DNA of 64,000 nucleotides from an uncultured Mycoplasmatota bacterium (GTDB lineage Bacteria; Bacillota_I; Bacilli_A; RF39; UBA660): NCBI GenBank assembly GCA_900545005.1, contig UQXO01000002.1, positions 65,901 to 129,900 of the forward strand, read 5' to 3'. Shown piece by piece: positions 61,794 to 64,000 of this stretch (position 1 is its first letter; each line of letters starts with the position of its first letter). The notes under the pieces were generated by a model. It saw only the letters and a program-made list of their open reading frames with translations, ran no database searches and was not told where the DNA came from. The position numbers and the translations under genes were made by a program.

Positions 61794-62171
61794 TTAATCT
61801 TTCGGACTTAAAAACAATGTCACTAGAAAAGCAAAGATTACCGAAGCACTTATCCCAGCGGAAGTAGTAGTCAAAAGATTAGTAAACATTCCTAAGACTC
61901 CCTTCGTATGAAAGCCTTCAAGACAAGCTTGGTAAAGAAGATTACCAAAACTAGTAATGGGAACACTAGAAGCTACACCAACATTTTCTACAAACCAAGG
62001 ATAAATATTAAAATAAGATAATAAAGCTCCTAGACTAACAAAAAGACTAGTAATATGTCCTGGAGTTAACTTAGTATTATCCAAGACTAGTTCTCCTAAA
62101 AGACAAACTATTCCACAGAATAAAAATGAATATAAATAAATCATAAGACCTCCAAAGAAACGGCATGACAA
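61794..62171 (-). CDS. spoVAE: Stage V sporulation protein AE (SpoVAEB-like)
   Basis: Small polytopic protein downstream of spoVAD. Conserved ..VPITSFGN.L... Confidence 0.8.
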   Translation of the reverse strand: MSCRFFGGLMIYLYSFLFCGIVCLLGELVLDNTKLTPGHITSLFVSLGALLSYFNIYPWFVENVGVASSVPITSFGNLLYQACLEGFHTKGVLGMFTNLLTTTSAGISASVIFAFLVTLFLSPKD

Positions 62172-63106
62172 ATACTGGGTATCTCTTCATGTTGATTAAC
62201 TAAAGTTGGGGAATGTAAAGCTCCGGTTGCCAACAGTAAAATATTTTTATACTTTTTACTAGGAATAATTTTATTAAATAAGACTAATGGTAAGCTTACT
62301 GGACCGGAAGAACCGGCATTATTAAAGTCTTTTTCTCGGAAAAGAAGAGAGCCTGCATCATAATAATTAGTTAACTTAATATTATTTTTCTTTAAGATTT
62401 CTAAGAATAGCTGACTGCCGATACGTCCTAAATCTCCGGTAAGAATCAAATCATAAATATCAGGTGTTTCCTTAAAATTCTTTAAATGAGCCATTAGAGT
62501 TTTAGCAGCGGCCGGTGCCATTACGGCCCCCATATTATTAGCATCACTTATCCCATAATTTACAGAAGAACCAATTGTTGCCTTAGTTACCATAATCTTA
62601 CCTTCCGTACTTAAGATTACTCCACTACTACCGGTAGCAGTCATCGTACTTCTTTTTAATCGGGGCGAACCATATTCAATGGGATAACGAAATTGTCTTT
62701 CAGCGACTTCGGTATGACTACTTGTTAAGCATAAACCATTCTTAATCTTTTTACTATCAATTAGATTTCCTAAAATAATTAAACTCTCATTGAAACTAGC
62801 ACAAGCTGAATATACTCCTAAATAAGAATAAGGATATTTAGACATAGTCATATTTAGAATAGCTAATTGATTAGCAAGTTCACCACCAATAATTAAATCT
62901 AATTTAGTCTGTAAGTCATTTCTTTTTAAGAGATTATCAATAACGACTCTTTGCATCTTAGCCTCGGCTCGTTCATAAGTCTTCTCGCCAAAATAATTAT
63001 CAGGGATTATTTGATTATACTTTTTTACGGCTCCCAAAGTCTCTTTAGGGGTTGCAATACTATACCAATCTTTAATAAATACATGATTAAATTTATAGCT
63101 AACCAT
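62141..63106 (-). CDS. spoVAD: Stage V sporulation protein AD
   Basis: Thiolase-fold-like 321-aa protein lying between spoVAC and spoVAE. Confidence 0.85.
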   Translation of the reverse strand: MVSYKFNHVFIKDWYSIATPKETLGAVKKYNQIIPDNYFGEKTYERAEAKMQRVVIDNLLKRNDLQTKLDLIIGGELANQLAILNMTMSKYPYSYLGVYSACASFNESLIILGNLIDSKKIKNGLCLTSSHTEVAERQFRYPIEYGSPRLKRSTMTATGSSGVILSTEGKIMVTKATIGSSVNYGISDANNMGAVMAPAAAKTLMAHLKNFKETPDIYDLILTGDLGRIGSQLFLEILKKNNIKLTNYYDAGSLLFREKDFNNAGSSGPVSLPLVLFNKIIPSKKYKNILLLATGALHSPTLVNQHEEIPSICHAVSLEVL

Positions 63107-63533
63107 GAAGCACCACCTTAATAATAGTTAATATAAAAGCACTGATAATTCCATATAATAAGACCGAACCAGCAAGTTTAAAGACATTAGCGCCTAACCC
63201 TGTAATTAAACCATCCTTTTTATACTCAAGACTTGATGAAGTCACCGAATGAGCAAAACCGGTAATAGGAATAATAAGACCACATCTGCTCTTACTAACC
63301 CACGTATCAAAAAATCCTAACCCAGTACAAATACTTGATGTTAAAATAAGAATTAAAAGGGTCCAGATATTAGCGTCCTTACTACTTACATTAAACTTCA
63401 AAAGTAAATTAAAAATAAAACACGATAAAACGCCTATTAAACCTCCTACTACAAAAGCAATTAAAGCATTCTTTAATTTATCCTCACTTGGGGTATATTT
63501 TTTTACTAATCTTTGATATTCCTCTTTATTCAT
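63099..63533 (-). CDS. spoVAC: Stage V sporulation protein AC
   Basis: 144 aa, four TM helices. ..ITGFAHSV... motif. First gene of the spoVA cluster. Confidence 0.85.
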   Translation of the reverse strand: MNKEEYQRLVKKYTPSEDKLKNALIAFVVGGLIGVLSCFIFNLLLKFNVSSKDANIWTLLILILTSSICTGLGFFDTWVSKSRCGLIIPITGFAHSVTSSSLEYKKDGLITGLGANVFKLAGSVLLYGIISAFILTIIKVVLHG

Positions 63534-63580
63534 AAAAAGACCTCCATAGTTATTATGAGGTCTAAAGATTATTTCTATAC

Positions 63581-64000
63581 TTAACTTAAAGAAGTTTTTA
63601 ATTTTTTTAGATTTTTTGTTAATATTCTAGAGATACTTACCTGGGATGTATTAAACATCTTAGCTAGTTCTTCTTGGGTATAGTCATTAAAATATCTTAG
63701 GATTATTATTTCTTTATCAGGACTTTCTAAATTACTAAGAGTATTCTTTAGGTCTAATAAAGTATCTAAGTTTAAAGCTTTACTAGAAAGGGAGTTATAA
63801 AGATTAGTATCTTCATTTCTTATTTCATCTAGACTGATGGTTTGATCTAGAGATTTAAGGGCAAAAGAAAGGGTTTCATTATCAATATTTAAATAAGAGG
63901 CTACTTCTAATAAGGGGGTATCTTTTTTATATAATTGATCTAAGTATTCTTTTGTCTTTAAGATAAGTTTAGATAACTTAAGAGCTTCTCTAGGGAGGCA
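63581..64000 (-). CDS. sigF: Sporulation sigma factor, SigF-like, C-terminal 139 codons (5' end beyond the window)
   Basis: Own translation ends ..ESPDKEIIILRYFNDYTQEELAKMFNTSQVSISRILTKNLKKLKTSLS* (region 4 HTH). Its position directly upstream of spoVA matches the spoIIA-spoVA arrangement. Confidence 0.65.
   Translation of the reverse strand, partial: CLPREALKLSKLILKTKEYLDQLYKKDTPLLEVASYLNIDNETLSFALKSLDQTISLDEIRNEDTNLYNSLSSKALNLDTLLDLKNTLSNLESPDKEIIILRYFNDYTQEELAKMFNTSQVSISRILTKNLKKLKTSLS

Overview
This is a very AT-rich chromosomal segment from an endospore-forming Firmicute that uses the standard genetic code (TGA, TAA and TAG all act as stops). All calls rest on reading the supplied translations and the DNA by eye. 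No database or profile search was run, so family names are motif-level recognitions.

Backbone genes:
- Sporulation and cell-shape genes: sigF-like (partial), spoVAC/AD/AE, spoIIGA-sigE, radC-mreC-mreD-spoIVFA-spoIVFB.
- Housekeeping genes: der, miaB, dgkA, tRNA-Leu(UAA), a NitT/TauT-type ABC importer, and a MATE exporter fused to a cytidylate-kinase-like domain.

Three accessory regions stand out:
1. 11.4-32.1 kb. A roughly 20-kb tightly packed minus-strand operon plus one divergent gene. It encodes three SipW-type signal-peptidase paralogues (one catalytically dead), seven paralogous TasA/camelysin-like secreted proteins and a 2719-aa beta-helix giant surface protein. Embedded in it is a membrane-anchored McrB-family AAA+ protein with a McrC-N-terminal-like partner that has no obvious nuclease. 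A GGDEF cyclase lies next door. I regard this as the best candidate for an undescribed surface-fibre or adhesin assembly system.
2. 1.1-8.9 kb. An array of three orphan RHS/YD-repeat C-terminal toxin-tip plus immunity cassettes, built by a 3899-bp-offset segmental duplication. The duplication also copied the promoter and 5' end of the neighbouring ABC substrate-binding gene. Two copies share the same frameshift and the same in-frame TAG.
3. 42.7-48.9 kb. A 1928-aa superfamily-2 helicase with an unrecognised 550-aa N-terminal region and a C-terminal array of 333-bp tandem repeats (helicase-associated-domain-like), translationally coupled to a 109-aa helical-repeat protein.

Smaller items:
- Two orphan type IV pilin-like genes.
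- A pair of identical palindromes bracketing the upstream region of a secreted-protein gene just downstream of sigE.
- An attenuator-like double hairpin between the putative major fibre subunit gene and the giant gene.
- A YoeB toxin remnant.
- Spo0A-box-like repeats upstream of spoIIGA.
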